64,000 bases of DNA from Auanema rhodensis (taxonomy: Eukaryota > Animalia > Nematoda). The position numbers and the translations under genes were made by a program. Under the pieces are notes generated by a model that was given only the letters and a program-made list of their open reading frames with translations, was not told the origin of the DNA and made no database searches. The stretch covers positions 12,524,001-12,588,000 of the forward strand of contig OZ059896.1 of the NCBI GenBank assembly GCA_964057225.1, read 5' to 3'. Positions 49,855 through 61,800 of this stretch are shown one piece after another. Position 1 is the stretch's first letter. The number at the start of each line of letters is the position of its first letter.

Positions 49855-50839
49855 TTAGAATCTTTTTACGATTTTTCGAACTCGATTAAATTATGAATTA
49901 TCATTCAGTTAAAGAGAATTTTTTTGAGCTATTTCCCTGGGCTACCACCTCTCTTTCCAATTCAGTACGAAGGGTCTCACTCATTTTTTTAATAAACAGG
50001 GTTGATATTTTGCGCAAGGGTGAGATACTGAATTGGCCAACTTTTCGATTTCTTTTTGTTTCTGCGCAGTTGTACTTTTGATTTTTCATTGTGGCGAAAA
50101 ATATATATTTTTTGGAAATGGAAAAGCTGTTTGATATAAGCAAAATTGGACCTTAATAAAGTCAATTTGCGATATTTTTGATAAAGATTACAAGTTTGTA
50201 CTAACAGAATGGCCACTGTAAGAAAATAACATCCGCTGTATCATTTGTCATATTTGAATTTAAACCTTCCTCTCATAATTTTTTGATTGTTGATTCAAGT
50301 TGAAACAAAGACTTTGGAATTTGAAAGATGCCTTGTTTGGTAATTCATTGTTATTCAGTAACAATTGAGAATTTGATTTGTCCGCCATACTCACTTCTCT
50401 AATTTATGAATCACATTGTCACATAATCATATCCTATCATCATCTTAACAATTAATTATATTCACTTTTTTTTTCCTCTCAATAGTTTGTTTTTGTATGA
50501 GTTCATTAATTAATTAATCTTCAACCCATATTATTATATATCTTTTTTTTCTTCTTCGATTTTTTTTTTCACGTTATTCACTAATTTATCCACTATTAAC
50601 TATTCATATTCTTATCTTGTTTACTAACTTATTCCACTATTTTACATTGTAGATTGTTCTGACTTTCCTCCTTTTCCAAAACGGCAACCTCCAAGAATAA
50701 TTATACGGATACGCCTTTCCGTACCTCTCAAAGATTAAGAGACAAGAGAAATCGTATTTCTCGATTTCCTTTTCCCGATAGTGACGACTCGTTTGACAAC
50801 GATTTAAGTCCATCGGACGACGAAAAAACGCCAACACAC

Positions 50840-51841
50840 TTGGCTGTAACACCGAAAAAAGAAAAAACTCCCCAGCGCGAAAAACTACCTCTGAAGCTCC
50901 TACTCAACATGAGACCACATGAGCAATCAAACAGAGATTCAACTCTGGAAACGCCTAATTTAATGGCATCTCCAGAGTTGACCAAAAACTTAACAAAAGT
51001 TCTAGGCAGTCCACACTGCCCCAAATACGATGGTAGCCGAAGCTTTCGATCGTACATCGATATATTTAACCGATTCGCGAATGCTGCGGGACTTTCTGTA
51101 ATTGAAAGAATTTTTCTTCTTCCTCTGCTGCTTCAGCAGAATGATTCTGCGATCTCTGCATATAACTCGATTCCTTCCGAAATTCGTGAACGAGGACCTT
51201 GGAAAGACCTTGTTTCACAATTGGCAGAGTTACTTTGCCCTGCCACGGAAAGGAATTTCACGATCGCGAAGTTGCTACGCTCGACGCAAGGAGAGAAAAC
51301 TGTTACTCAGTTTGCCTCATACTTGGAAGAAATGGCTTCCAGTATTATGAGCCCAACTGATCGAGAAAGAGAGCTCATATTAAGATCAGCTTTCTTAAAT
51401 GGATTGAACGCTGATTTAGGCATAATTGTTCAAGGAAAAGATCCGAAGACTTATGAGGAAGCAAAAAGGACAGCACGTTTTGAAGAAGCAATTCGTGCTA
51501 ACTATAAAAAACAGCATGAAGAAAACTCAACTATGCAAGAGTTGATCTCTGCAGTTCAGAAGATCACCATGAAGGAAAATAGGAACCAAAGGAACCATCA
51601 GCAGCCACGAGATTTCGAACGGAACAATGGCAACAATTCAAGAAACCCTTGGAAGAATTTCAAAAATAAATTCAGCAGGAACTCTGGCCCTCGACAAAAT
51701 TATGGAAACAACTACTCAATGGAGAGTAATCACCATTCGAGAGAACCTCGCAACAATTATCAAAGAGAAAATCGAGACAACTTTGCCAGGAATAATCGCG
51801 ACAATTATCCAAGAGAGAATCAAGGCAATCAACGACGATAG
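50840..51841 (+). CDS. gag: Gypsy Gag (start uncertain)
   Basis: PKYDGSRSF, QGEKTVTQFA (major-homology-like), FLNGL, PKTYEEA, Asn/Arg-rich tail. Confidence 0.9.
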   Translation: MAVTPKKEKTPQREKLPLKLLLNMRPHEQSNRDSTLETPNLMASPELTKNLTKVLGSPHCPKYDGSRSFRSYIDIFNRFANAAGLSVIERIFLLPLLLQQNDSAISAYNSIPSEIRERGPWKDLVSQLAELLCPATERNFTIAKLLRSTQGEKTVTQFASYLEEMASSIMSPTDRERELILRSAFLNGLNADLGIIVQGKDPKTYEEAKRTARFEEAIRANYKKQHEENSTMQELISAVQKITMKENRNQRNHQQPRDFERNNGNNSRNPWKNFKNKFSRNSGPRQNYGNNYSMESNHHSREPRNNYQRENRDNFARNNRDNYPRENQGNQRR

Positions 51842-54760
51842 AAACCTCGATTCAATATAAATACTATTGCATTACCATTCCTGCTCACAACAATAATCTG
51901 CACATTTCTGCTTCCCACTGTGAATGCTTCATATCAACTATGTTTAGCTCATAAAGGAGGAATTCTGATGACACCACCAGAGATAACAGGATGCCAAAGG
52001 AAAGCAATTCAACAAGCTCATCAAGTTAACGTTGAATTGTTCATTCCTAAACAAACCGTCGTAACATGGGAAGCGTGGAAATGTTATACACGCATCTATC
52101 GATTATGTGTAACGGATCAATTTTGGTTCCGAGAAAGCAATGACACCATCATTGGTAATGGATATGTATCTGTAGAAGAATGCCGTATAGCTGCTCGAGA
52201 CAAGAAATGGAAAAATGAAAAACTGTTGAGCGCTAATCCACTTACATATGAAGCTCCTAAGCCAGTATATGAACCGGAACGTTTCTTCAGTTTTACTCAA
52301 TGCGCCAACTTAACTCAATTTGTGATGGAGCGAGGAGTTATTACAAATTTAAAGGACAATACTATTGTATCTGACTTAATTGTCAACGCCGAAGGCTGTA
52401 AAGCTCAAATGGGAAGCTGTACATTTGGAGATGGTTCAGTAGTTTGGAAACCACCCACACCCCGAGCACCATGCCAATACACACGTATTGGACCTCTGTA
52501 TGGAATACTTGGAGATCAAACACTGCTAATATCAAGTCTAGAAACAGCACTTGTCTTAGCCAACACCTCAGCATCTACTACAACTCAATCTTGTTTTTCT
52601 TCACCAATTTTTGAATCCACTACTGAGACTCTTGTCTCGTTTATTGATTATCCGCATGCATATTCTCTACTGGATCTAACAAGTTATTTGGATAATCAAA
52701 TGAATCCTTCACGCCAACGCTATAAACGTTCAACAAATTCATCCTTAATTGCGTCATTTCGCTCAGAAATGGAATATAAGTTAACTCCTATTCAAATATT
52801 GGATCTACCGTTTGCTAGATATACTGTCACGTCTGGCGGAAATACCATACGATATATTCATAACTGGTATCACTATCAATCAGTTAGCAACGAATATCAG
52901 AACTTGACTGTTATTGCTCGATATCATCAATTTTTGCTGTCAGCTGTCCATATTTTGAACATTACTGATCATACTATAGATTACTGGGCAAATTTAAAAG
53001 ACTTCCGCGATCCGAATATTCTCTTACTACATGCTCTAGGAGGAGAAGAAAGCAAGATGATTACAAAAATGTGGATCGAACAAATGGAGCCTAGTTTTGT
53101 CATCGGTCAACTAGCACACCGACTTCCTATCAATTATATAAAAAGAATAGTTAAACCAGGCAATTCTACAATTTCGATTGCAAGAGATAAATTATGGGAA
53201 TTGATACAAATACCTGCAATCTTATCCAAAACAGAATATGTGCCACCACTCGAATTTTTGATATTCACAGTATATCAAAACCATCTCAACTTCACATTTG
53301 GAGATCCACGTTCTGTGGTATATAAAGCAAAAGAATTACTTCGTGAACTACGCTATCAGTATTCTCAACCTCAACTGATAGAATATTATCGAATGAAACT
53401 GTTCTTTCATAGTCATTTTATGCAACGACAAGTGAAAGATCAAGTATATGAAATGAAATTAAAGCTGTTGGATAACTCGACACTCAGAAACCGAGAAACC
53501 AATTTTGGAATACCGATGCCTTCGAATAAAGAAGATCTCTACAGCCGTAACATCAATATTGACGCTAAACAATTAACTGATTTAATGTCATGGTTTTCAA
53601 AACCAGCACCTGAAGAGATTACAAAAAGAGTATTCAGTCGCTCTATCACCACTAAAACTACGCCAACTGCACGATTTCTTAGTGCTACCTCAAAACCTGT
53701 TGTAAATACATCATCTACTACAAAACAAACAATTAGTACTATTCAAGGAATGACATCAATGCAACCCATGATTGGAAGCATAGAGAAAGCTCAAGAATTA
53801 TTCGGCACTCACTTAACTGATCACCAGAATACTATACTTCGACATCGAGATGCATTAACTACCATCAACAAACTCAACTATGGATTTGAACGAATGAGAA
53901 CCATACTGGTCGAAGAATTTCATCATCAACATCACAGCATATGTCATGCTCAACTTGAACTTATTAAGACATGGCAAGCTATATTTAATATCAATCCTAC
54001 GATTGCTATCAGATCTATTATGCAACGAGATGATATAGTGGCTCGAATAATTGGACGGAATCTTATTCGGGTTTCAACCTGTCAGCCAATAGAACCAATT
54101 CACATTTATCGCAACCACACATACAAAGATAAGTGTTATTTAGAAACACCCGTCATCACGGATGATGACCGCCTCTACTTTGCACCTCAAGATTCAGCAG
54201 ATTTGGAAGCATATGGAACTGAAATTCCATGTGAAACAGTAGAAAATGATATATGGAAAGAGGATGGAGAATGGAAATCCCTCAACGGAGTTACAAACGT
54301 AACTGCTTTAAACATTGGTTCAGATCAGTATCCCGATCTAGCAGCCATTCGATTTTCACAAAGAAATCTTTATGAAAATATCACCGATGAAAACTTAGTT
54401 AGAACAATAAGCTTAACATATGGACACATTTTCGCTTCCAATCCTCATAGAAATTTTCTACGAGTTATCACGAATCAAGCGAATTTGCCAGGCTTATCAG
54501 AATGGTTTACAAAAAGTAACGAACTTTTTAGTTCTACTCAAAATATTGCATCATCACTATGGGAACGAGGAGTTGATTTCTTTGCTGGATCCCTCAACAG
54601 AATGTTTATCTCTGCAGGTGTTATGATAGTTATATTAATCTTTGGATCAGCATTATACATTATTGTTGTATCTTATATCAAAGAGAAAGTTCCTATCTTA
54701 AATGTGAATGCAGTTGAACAACACGAACTACTCAACGCTGACATCGATGTTCCACTCGTA
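51842..54760 (+). CDS. env: Envelope glycoprotein, class III fusogen-like (herpes gB/rhabdovirus G family)
   Basis: In gag frame after the TAG: signal peptide ALPFLLTTIICTFLLPTVNA; Cys-rich ectodomain; furin site RQRYKR; NPT...RDDIVAR..G....C, CYLETPV; C-terminal TM. Confidence 0.82.
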
Positions 54761-57700
54761 TCGACGAAACTATTCGAAGATATTTTCCTACTGTCATCAC
54801 TTTTATTCCTATTATTATACCTTTTGTTGGATGCTGTGCAACAAACAAAAGAGAACTCCCATATATAAGAATCGAAGCAGAAGGCAGAGGACTCGTAGCT
54901 TTATGGGATAGCGGAGCATCTGTTTCATATTTGAAGGAATCATCAGTACGCTATTTAGGAAAAGAGAATTTCAACTCAACTAAAATCTCTGCCACCGCAG
55001 CAAATGGATCAATATTCAACTTTCTGGGTACAATAACGTTGGACATTGTTATTGCTGGATACCATCTTTCACACACATTTTTAATCTCTGAGGATAAACA
55101 TTGTCCTACTGAAATGTTACTTGGTTTGGACATCATGAAAGCATTAGAAGAAAAAGGAATAACAACTTCTCTACAAGCTCTACGCAAGCAATTAATAGTT
55201 GGAAACCATTTTCTACCATTATTATCCGCTAACCAGAAGAGCTTTCGCATCAGTTCAGACACCGTTTCAATTATAAACATTAGAGAATCTATTATTCCAC
55301 CCCGAACTAAAGCTATGATTCGTCTACAATTGGCAAAAGAACTACAACCAAAACAATACGCTCTTATACGATGTGGAAATGGACCTATTCAATTCACACC
55401 TACTGCTATCAAGACTTCACCACTCACAATATTCGCCATCAATACAGCAAATTATGAGGTGAAGTTAACAGGAAACACCATTATTGGAAAAGGAAAAATA
55501 GCAGAAGAAATTGGAATCCCACATATACCGGACTATATTCCACCAGAAGCTGATTGGTCAGATAAATTGCCTATTTTTGAGAAGAATCCTTTCGATAACT
55601 TAAAATTCGAATCAACGGATCTATCTAAAAATCAACGTCAAAATCTCAAAACTATGTTGAGAAGATTCAAAAATGCTTTTTTTAACGAAGATCGGAACAT
55701 TGGATTATTCAAAGGACCAATAGAACATTCAATCACTTTGAGAACCGATATGGACCTGCCCAAATCTCGATCATATCGAGTTCCTTTGGGTAAACAGGAT
55801 GAAGTTGAACGTCAAGTAAAAGAAATGCTAGACCAAGGAGTAATAGAAACATCAACATCAAGTTTTACAAGTCCAGTCGTCTTAGTCAAGAAGAAAGACA
55901 ACTCATTCCGCTTTGTAACGGACTTCCGTGCACTCAATAGTGTCACACAGAAACAGACTTATTCTATTCCGCATATACCAGAAATAATCGACAGCACTGC
56001 AGGAGCTCGATACTTCACAAACATCGATCTCGTATCGGGATTTTTTCAAATTCCTTTACGTGAAGAAGACCGTCACCTCACTGCATTTGTGACCTCATCA
56101 GGAGTTTATCAATATTGCAGAATGCCGATGGGTCTCTGTGGAGCTCCACATACATTTCAATCAGCTGTTCGCTATTTGCAAAATCAAGTAAAATGTCGAC
56201 TTTTTGTTTATCTGGATGATCTACTCATTATATCAAACACAGCTGAACAACATCTGGAGGATATAGAAGAAGTGTTACAAGCTTTACAAGGATTAGGAAT
56301 GAAAGCAAAACTAAGTAAATGCAAATTTGCAGCTACACAAGTTAAATTTCTTGGATTTATAATTGGTCGTGATGGAATACAACCTGATCCATCAAAAATT
56401 ACAGCCGTTATGAAATTTCCAACTCCTAAAACGGTCACCGCTATTCGTTCATTCCTTGGAATGACAAATTATTTTCGGCGATTCATCAGAGACTACGCCA
56501 AAATAGCCGAACCGTTGTATCAACTCACACACAAGGATCAAGATTTCGAATGGACGGAAGAACGTGAGAAAGCATTCGAGACTCTCAAGAAAGCTCTATG
56601 CACAGCACCAGTTCTGAAGCCACCAACAAATGGAGCACCTTTTGTTATTGAAAGTGACGCTAGTACTATTGCAATTGGAGCAGTCTTACTACAAGATACA
56701 GGAAATGGATTACACCCTGTTGCGTTCGCAAGTAGGAAGCTCTCACCTACAGAAAGAAAATACCCACCTATCGAATTAGAAGCTTTGGCACTCGTCTACG
56801 CATTACAACAATTTCGCACATATGTTTTAGGCACGTCAACTAAGCTAATAACGGATCATCGACCACTAACCAGTCTAATGAGTAGAAGAGATCTTATTGG
56901 AAGACTAGCGAAATATCAGTTAATGATCCAGGAATATGATATTGTGATTATGTACCGTCCAGGACGTATGAATAGTGTATGTGATGCACTATCCAGATAC
57001 ATAGGCAACGAAGCTAACGATGGTCCTAAACCGAAGCTACAGAAGACAACGCCAACAACAAGTTTAACGGATATCCAAGAAACCATCAACTATCTCATAA
57101 ATGTAACCAATGTGGAAACTCTGGATACCGACAAACTAATTCAGTTACAACAAGGAACACCATGGATTAAGGAAACTATTGCTGATATGTTAACGGAACA
57201 ACCTAAACAGATTAATAGCGATAGATATATTGTTATCGACGGAGTTTTACATGCTCGACCTAACAAACAATATCTTTCTCCAAGGATTATGATTCCGAAA
57301 CAAAAGACATTGAATCAAGTACTTGCGAAACTTTTTCATGAAGACGCAAGAATTGGAGCGCATCAAGGAATCAAAAGAACACATGCAGCATTATCAAGAA
57401 GATTCCATTGGACAAATATGATGGAAGATGCGAAAGAGATCGTCAGCCAATGCCTGACATGCGCAAAAAGGAAAATAAATCAACATGATACAACGAGAGA
57501 ACCATATGGAAAGTTTGTTACCCCACAAAAACCATTTGATAGGATTCATATGGATGTGACAGGACCTTTTTCCCCTAGCACTAATGGATTTAAATATATT
57601 CTTTCTATTCAAGATGCTTTTTCGAAATGGATAACGAGCATACCTTTACGCACACAGAATGCCGAAGAAACAGTCCGAAAGTTCCTGACGAATTTCGTCT

Positions 57701-58368
57701 TCATTTTTGGACCACCAGTGAGCATCGTGTCTGACAATGGAGGAAATTTTATATCTAAAGAATTCAAGTTAATGTGCAACGAATTTGGAATTGTACAAAC
57801 CTTCTCTCTGCCATATCACAAAAATACAAACGGTCAAGTGGAACGACTACATCGAACCATCCAGGAATGTTTATCCACTTGTGCTGAAAACCGTGTCTCT
57901 CAATGGGCCTCACAATTACCTAAAATCACATTCGCGTTAAATACAATCCCAAGTACAACTACCGGAATCAGCCCATACATTGCTTTATTTGGAAGAGACG
58001 CACGCCTACCTATGGACCGTCAATTACCAGGACAACCTCATCTAAATTCTCCTGAAGATGACGAATTATTGGAAAGAAATGAGAACCGGAAAAATACCTG
58101 GGATTCTATTCAAGAAAAAATTCAATTAAAATCAATTGAACAACAAAATCGGCTGAATAATAGTAACCGAATAGCATCACGTATATTTGAAATAGGTGAA
58201 ATGGTACTATTGAAGGATATGACGGTTCACGGCAAATTGCGACCCACTTATAATGGACCGTTCAAAATTACAGGCGTATACAACTCATATGTGGAATTGG
58301 AAATGAGTCAAGGAAAGATGAGAAAAGTACATAAGGATCTCATCAAAAAGCTTGCTGCAACATTATGA
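54742..58368 (+). CDS. pol: Gypsy Pol (protease, RT, RNase H, integrase)
   Basis: Frame open from 54742; LWDSGAS, YLDD, ESDAS..IGAVL, TDHRPL, H-H-C-C zinc finger, HMDV..SDNG..GQVER, GPF. Confidence 0.96.
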   Translation, partial: HRCSTRIDETIRRYFPTVITFIPIIIPFVGCCATNKRELPYIRIEAEGRGLVALWDSGASVSYLKESSVRYLGKENFNSTKISATAANGSIFNFLGTITLDIVIAGYHLSHTFLISEDKHCPTEMLLGLDIMKALEEKGITTSLQALRKQLIVGNHFLPLLSANQKSFRISSDTVSIINIRESIIPPRTKAMIRLQLAKELQPKQYALIRCGNGPIQFTPTAIKTSPLTIFAINTANYEVKLTGNTIIGKGKIAEEIGIPHIPDYIPPEADWSDKLPIFEKNPFDNLKFESTDLSKNQRQNLKTMLRRFKNAFFNEDRNIGLFKGPIEHSITLRTDMDLPKSRSYRVPLGKQDEVERQVKEMLDQGVIETSTSSFTSPVVLVKKKDNSFRFVTDFRALNSVTQKQTYSIPHIPEIIDSTAGARYFTNIDLVSGFFQIPLREEDRHLTAFVTSSGVYQYCRMPMGLCGAPHTFQSAVRYLQNQVKCRLFVYLDDLLIISNTAEQHLEDIEEVLQALQGLGMKAKLSKCKFAATQVKFLGFIIGRDGIQPDPSKITAVMKFPTPKTVTAIRSFLGMTNYFRRFIRDYAKIAEPLYQLTHKDQDFEWTEEREKAFETLKKALCTAPVLKPPTNGAPFVIESDASTIAIGAVLLQDTGNGLHPVAFASRKLSPTERKYPPIELEALALVYALQQFRTYVLGTSTKLITDHRPLTSLMSRRDLIGRLAKYQLMIQEYDIVIMYRPGRMNSVCDALSRYIGNEANDGPKPKLQKTTPTTSLTDIQETINYLINVTNVETLDTDKLIQLQQGTPWIKETIADMLTEQPKQINSDRYIVIDGVLHARPNKQYLSPRIMIPKQKTLNQVLAKLFHEDARIGAHQGIKRTHAALSRRFHWTNMMEDAKEIVSQCLTCAKRKINQHDTTREPYGKFVTPQKPFDRIHMDVTGPFSPSTNGFKYILSIQDAFSKWITSIPLRTQNAEETVRKFLTNFVFIFGPPVSIVSDNGGNFISKEFKLMCNEFGIVQTFSLPYHKNTNGQVERLHRTIQECLSTCAENRVSQWASQLPKITFALNTIPSTTTGISPYIALFGRDARLPMDRQLPGQPHLNSPEDDELLERNENRKNTWDSIQEKIQLKSIEQQNRLNNSNRIASRIFEIGEMVLLKDMTVHGKLRPTYNGPFKITGVYNSYVELEMSQGKMRKVHKDLIKKLAATL

Positions 58369-58412
58369 AAATTTTGGAAACCTTATGCATACCTGTGAGG
58401 ACACAGGACTTC

Positions 58413-58425
58413 AAGAGCGGTAGCA
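58413..58425 (+). promoter_or_regulatory. Polypurine tract
   Basis: AAGAGCGGTAGCA immediately before the 3' LTR. Confidence 0.65.
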
Positions 58426-58824
58426 TGTTATACTTTATAATTATGTACTTTATTCTTTCTATAATTTTTATGTATTTCTTTATTCTGTGTTTTATATTTT
58501 ATATTTTATAATTCTAGTTTCTTGTCTTAGTGTATTATGTTATCAGTTATATTTTGCAGCTTCAGCATTTTCCGAGATAGTTATAATTGTCATTGACAAC
58601 TTATAACCTTTCGTGGAAAATGCTGATAACATTCGCTATATAAGCTTGCCATTCAACTGAATCTTCAGTTGGCGGACTTATCTTTATCTTTATTTGTTTA
58701 ATGTTTAAATGTTTTTTATTTATAATAAATCTTTCTCTCTTCCTCAAATCTTATTGTTTCTTTTACAACACATCAATCTAAGGGTCAATCATGGAATATT
58801 AATATCCAACTTAAGGATATTACA
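58426..58824 (+). repeat. Gypsy 3' LTR
   Basis: Copy of 49443-49841 followed by TSD TATT. Confidence 0.97.
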
Positions 58825-61800
58825 TATTTATTTTTTGACTGTCAAATCGGCAAGCACCTGCTGCACATGTGCGAGCTATTCGAGTGACCGATGCCCAAAC
58901 GAACCACGCTTAGAAAACGAGGCTGACATAACACGTTTTTCACTCCTACCCAGATTGATTGCTTTAGAGACATTTCTGTCTTATCTCATTATATTCTCAA
59001 CTTTGACTTTGATTTTTCTAAAATTTCATTAATGTATAATTCAAAAAATCATTTCTTGTGATCAGATTGTTAATCGTTATATCTGTAAACGTTTCTCTCG
59101 AAATAGCAAATAGAGTGTTCAGTTGTACCCACTTAACAAAGAAAGTAGAAGAACATATATATTTAAAGCAAAAAAAGTGCGGAGAAGTCGTTATCTCGTT
59201 AACATCAGTTTCACTGCCCAAAACTCTGTTTATTGTCATTCTACTTGCTATTTCGAGAGAAACGTTCACAGATATATATGAATATTTACTACACTAGCAA
59301 GCAGAAGAAAACCTTATACTAGTTCATTGTTTTTTTTTTAATTTTTTCGGTATATTTATTTTTTCACTGTCAAATCGGCAAGCACCTGCTGCACATGTGC
59401 GAGCTATTTGAGTGACCGATGCCCAAACGAACCACGCTCAGAAAATGAGGCTGACATAACACGTTTTTCACTCCTACCCAGATTGATTGCTTTAGAGACA
59501 TTTCTGTCTTATCTCATTATATTCTCAACTTTGACTTTGATTTTTCTAAAATTTCATTAATGTATAATTCAAAATATCATTTCTTGTGATCAGATTGTTA
59601 ATCGTTATATCTGTAAACGTTTCTCTCGAAATAGCAAGTGGAGTGTTCAGTTGTACCCACTTAACAAAGAAAGTAGAAGAACATATATATTTAGAGCAAA
59701 AAAAGTGCGGAAAAGTCGTTATCTCGTTAACATCAGTTTCACTGCCCAAAACTCTGTTTATTGTCATTCTACTTGCTATTTCGAGAGAAACGTTTACAGA
59801 TATATATGAATATTTACTACACTAGCAAGCAGAAGAAAACCTTATACTAGTTCATTGTTTTTTTTTAATTTTTTTCGGTATATTTATTTTTTCACTGTCA
59901 AATCGGCAAGCACCTGCTGCACATGTGCGAGCTTTTCGAGTGACCGATGCCCAAACGAACCACGCTTAGAAAATGAGGCTGACATAACACGTTTTTCACT
60001 CGTACCCAGATTGATTGCTTTAGAGACATTTCTGTCTTATCTCATTATATTCTCAACTTTGACTTTGATTTTTCTAAAATTTCATTAATGTATAATTCAA
60101 AATATCATTTCTTGTGATCAGATTGTTAATCGTTATATCTGTAAACGTTTCTCTCGAAGTAGCAAGTAGAGTGTTCAGTTGTACCCACTTAACAAAGAAA
60201 GTAGAAGAACATATATTTTTAGAGCAAAAAAAGTGCGGAAAAGTCGTTATCTCGTGAACATCAGTTTCACTGCCCAAAACTCTGTTTATTGTCTTTCTAC
60301 TTGCTATTTCGAGAGAAACCTTTACAGATATACATATATGAATATTTACTACACTAGCAAGCAGAAGAAAACCTTATACTAGTTCATTGTTTTTTTTTAA
60401 TTTTTTTCGGTATATTTATTTTTTCACTGTCAAATCGGCAAGCACCTGCTGCACATGTGCGAGCTATTCGAGTGACCGATGCCCAAACGAACCACGCTTA
60501 GAAAATGAGGCTGACATAACACGTTTTTCACTCCTACCCAGATTGATTGCTTTAGAGACATTTCTGTCTTATCTCATTATATTCTCTACTTTAACTTTGA
60601 TTTTTCTAAAATTTCATTAATGTATAATTCAAAATATCATTTCTTGTGATCAGATTGTTAATCGTTATATCTGTAAACGTTTCTCTCGAAGTAGCAAGTA
60701 GAGTGTTCAGTTGTACCCACTTAACAAAGAAAGTAGAAGAACATATATATTTAGAGCAAAAAAAGTGCGGAAAAGTCGTTATCTCGTTAACATCAGTTTC
60801 ACTGTTCAAAACTCTGTTTATTGTCACTCTACTTGCTATTTCGAGAGAAACGTTTACAGATATATATGAATATTTACTACACTAGCAAGCAGAAGAAAAC
60901 CTTATACTAGTTCATTGTTTCTTTTTAATTTTTTTCGGTATATTTATTTTTTCACTGTCAAATCGGCAAGCACCTGCTGCACATGTGCGAGCTATTCGAG
61001 TGACCGATGCCCAAACGAGGCACGCTTAGAAAATGAGGCTGACATAACACGTTTTTCACTCTGTAGAGTTGTACCCACTTAACAAAGAAAGTAGAAGAAC
61101 ATATATATATAGAGAAAAGAAAGTGCGGAAAAGTCGTTATCTCGTTAACATCAGTTTCACTGCCCAAAACTCTGTTTATTGTCATTCTCCTTGCTATTTC
61201 GAGAGAAACGTTTACAGATATATATGAATATTTACTACACTAGCAAGCAAAAAAAACCTTATACTAGTTCATTGTTTTTTTTTAATTTTTTTCGGTATAT
61301 TTATTTTTTCACTGTCAAATCGGCAAGCACCTGCTGCACATGTGCGAGCTATTCGAGTGACCGATGCCCAAACGAACCACGCTTAGAAAATGAGGCTGAC
61401 ATAACACGTTTTTCACTCCTACCCAGATTGATTGCTTTAGAGACATTTCTGTCTTATCTCATTATATTCTCAACTTTGACTTTGATTTTTCTAAAATTTC
61501 ATTAATGTATAATTCAAAATATCATTTCTTGTAATCAGATTGTTAATCGTTATATCTGTAAACGTTTCTCTCGAAATAGCAAGTAGAGTGTTCAGTTGTA
61601 CCCACTTAACAAAAAAAGTAGAAGAACATATATATTTAGAGCAAAAAAAGTGCGGAAAAGTCGTTATCTCGTTAACATCAGTTTCACTGCCCAAAACTCT
61701 GTTTATTGTCATTCTACTTGCTATTTCGAGAGAAACATTCACAGATATATATGAATATTCACTACACTAGCAAGCAGAAGAAAACCTTATACTAGTTCAT

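Larger units (their letters stand above)
49443..58824 (+). mobile_element. Full-length Ty3/Gypsy LTR retrotransposon with gag-env-pol order (9382 bp)
   Basis: 399-bp LTRs differing at one position by eye, TG..CA ends, 4-bp TSD TATT, PBS, PPT, PR-RT-RH-INT order. Confidence 0.97.

Noticed and set aside
54951-57612. Antisense ORFs within pol and the Maverick genes
   Set aside because: Shadow frames of well-supported opposite-strand genes.
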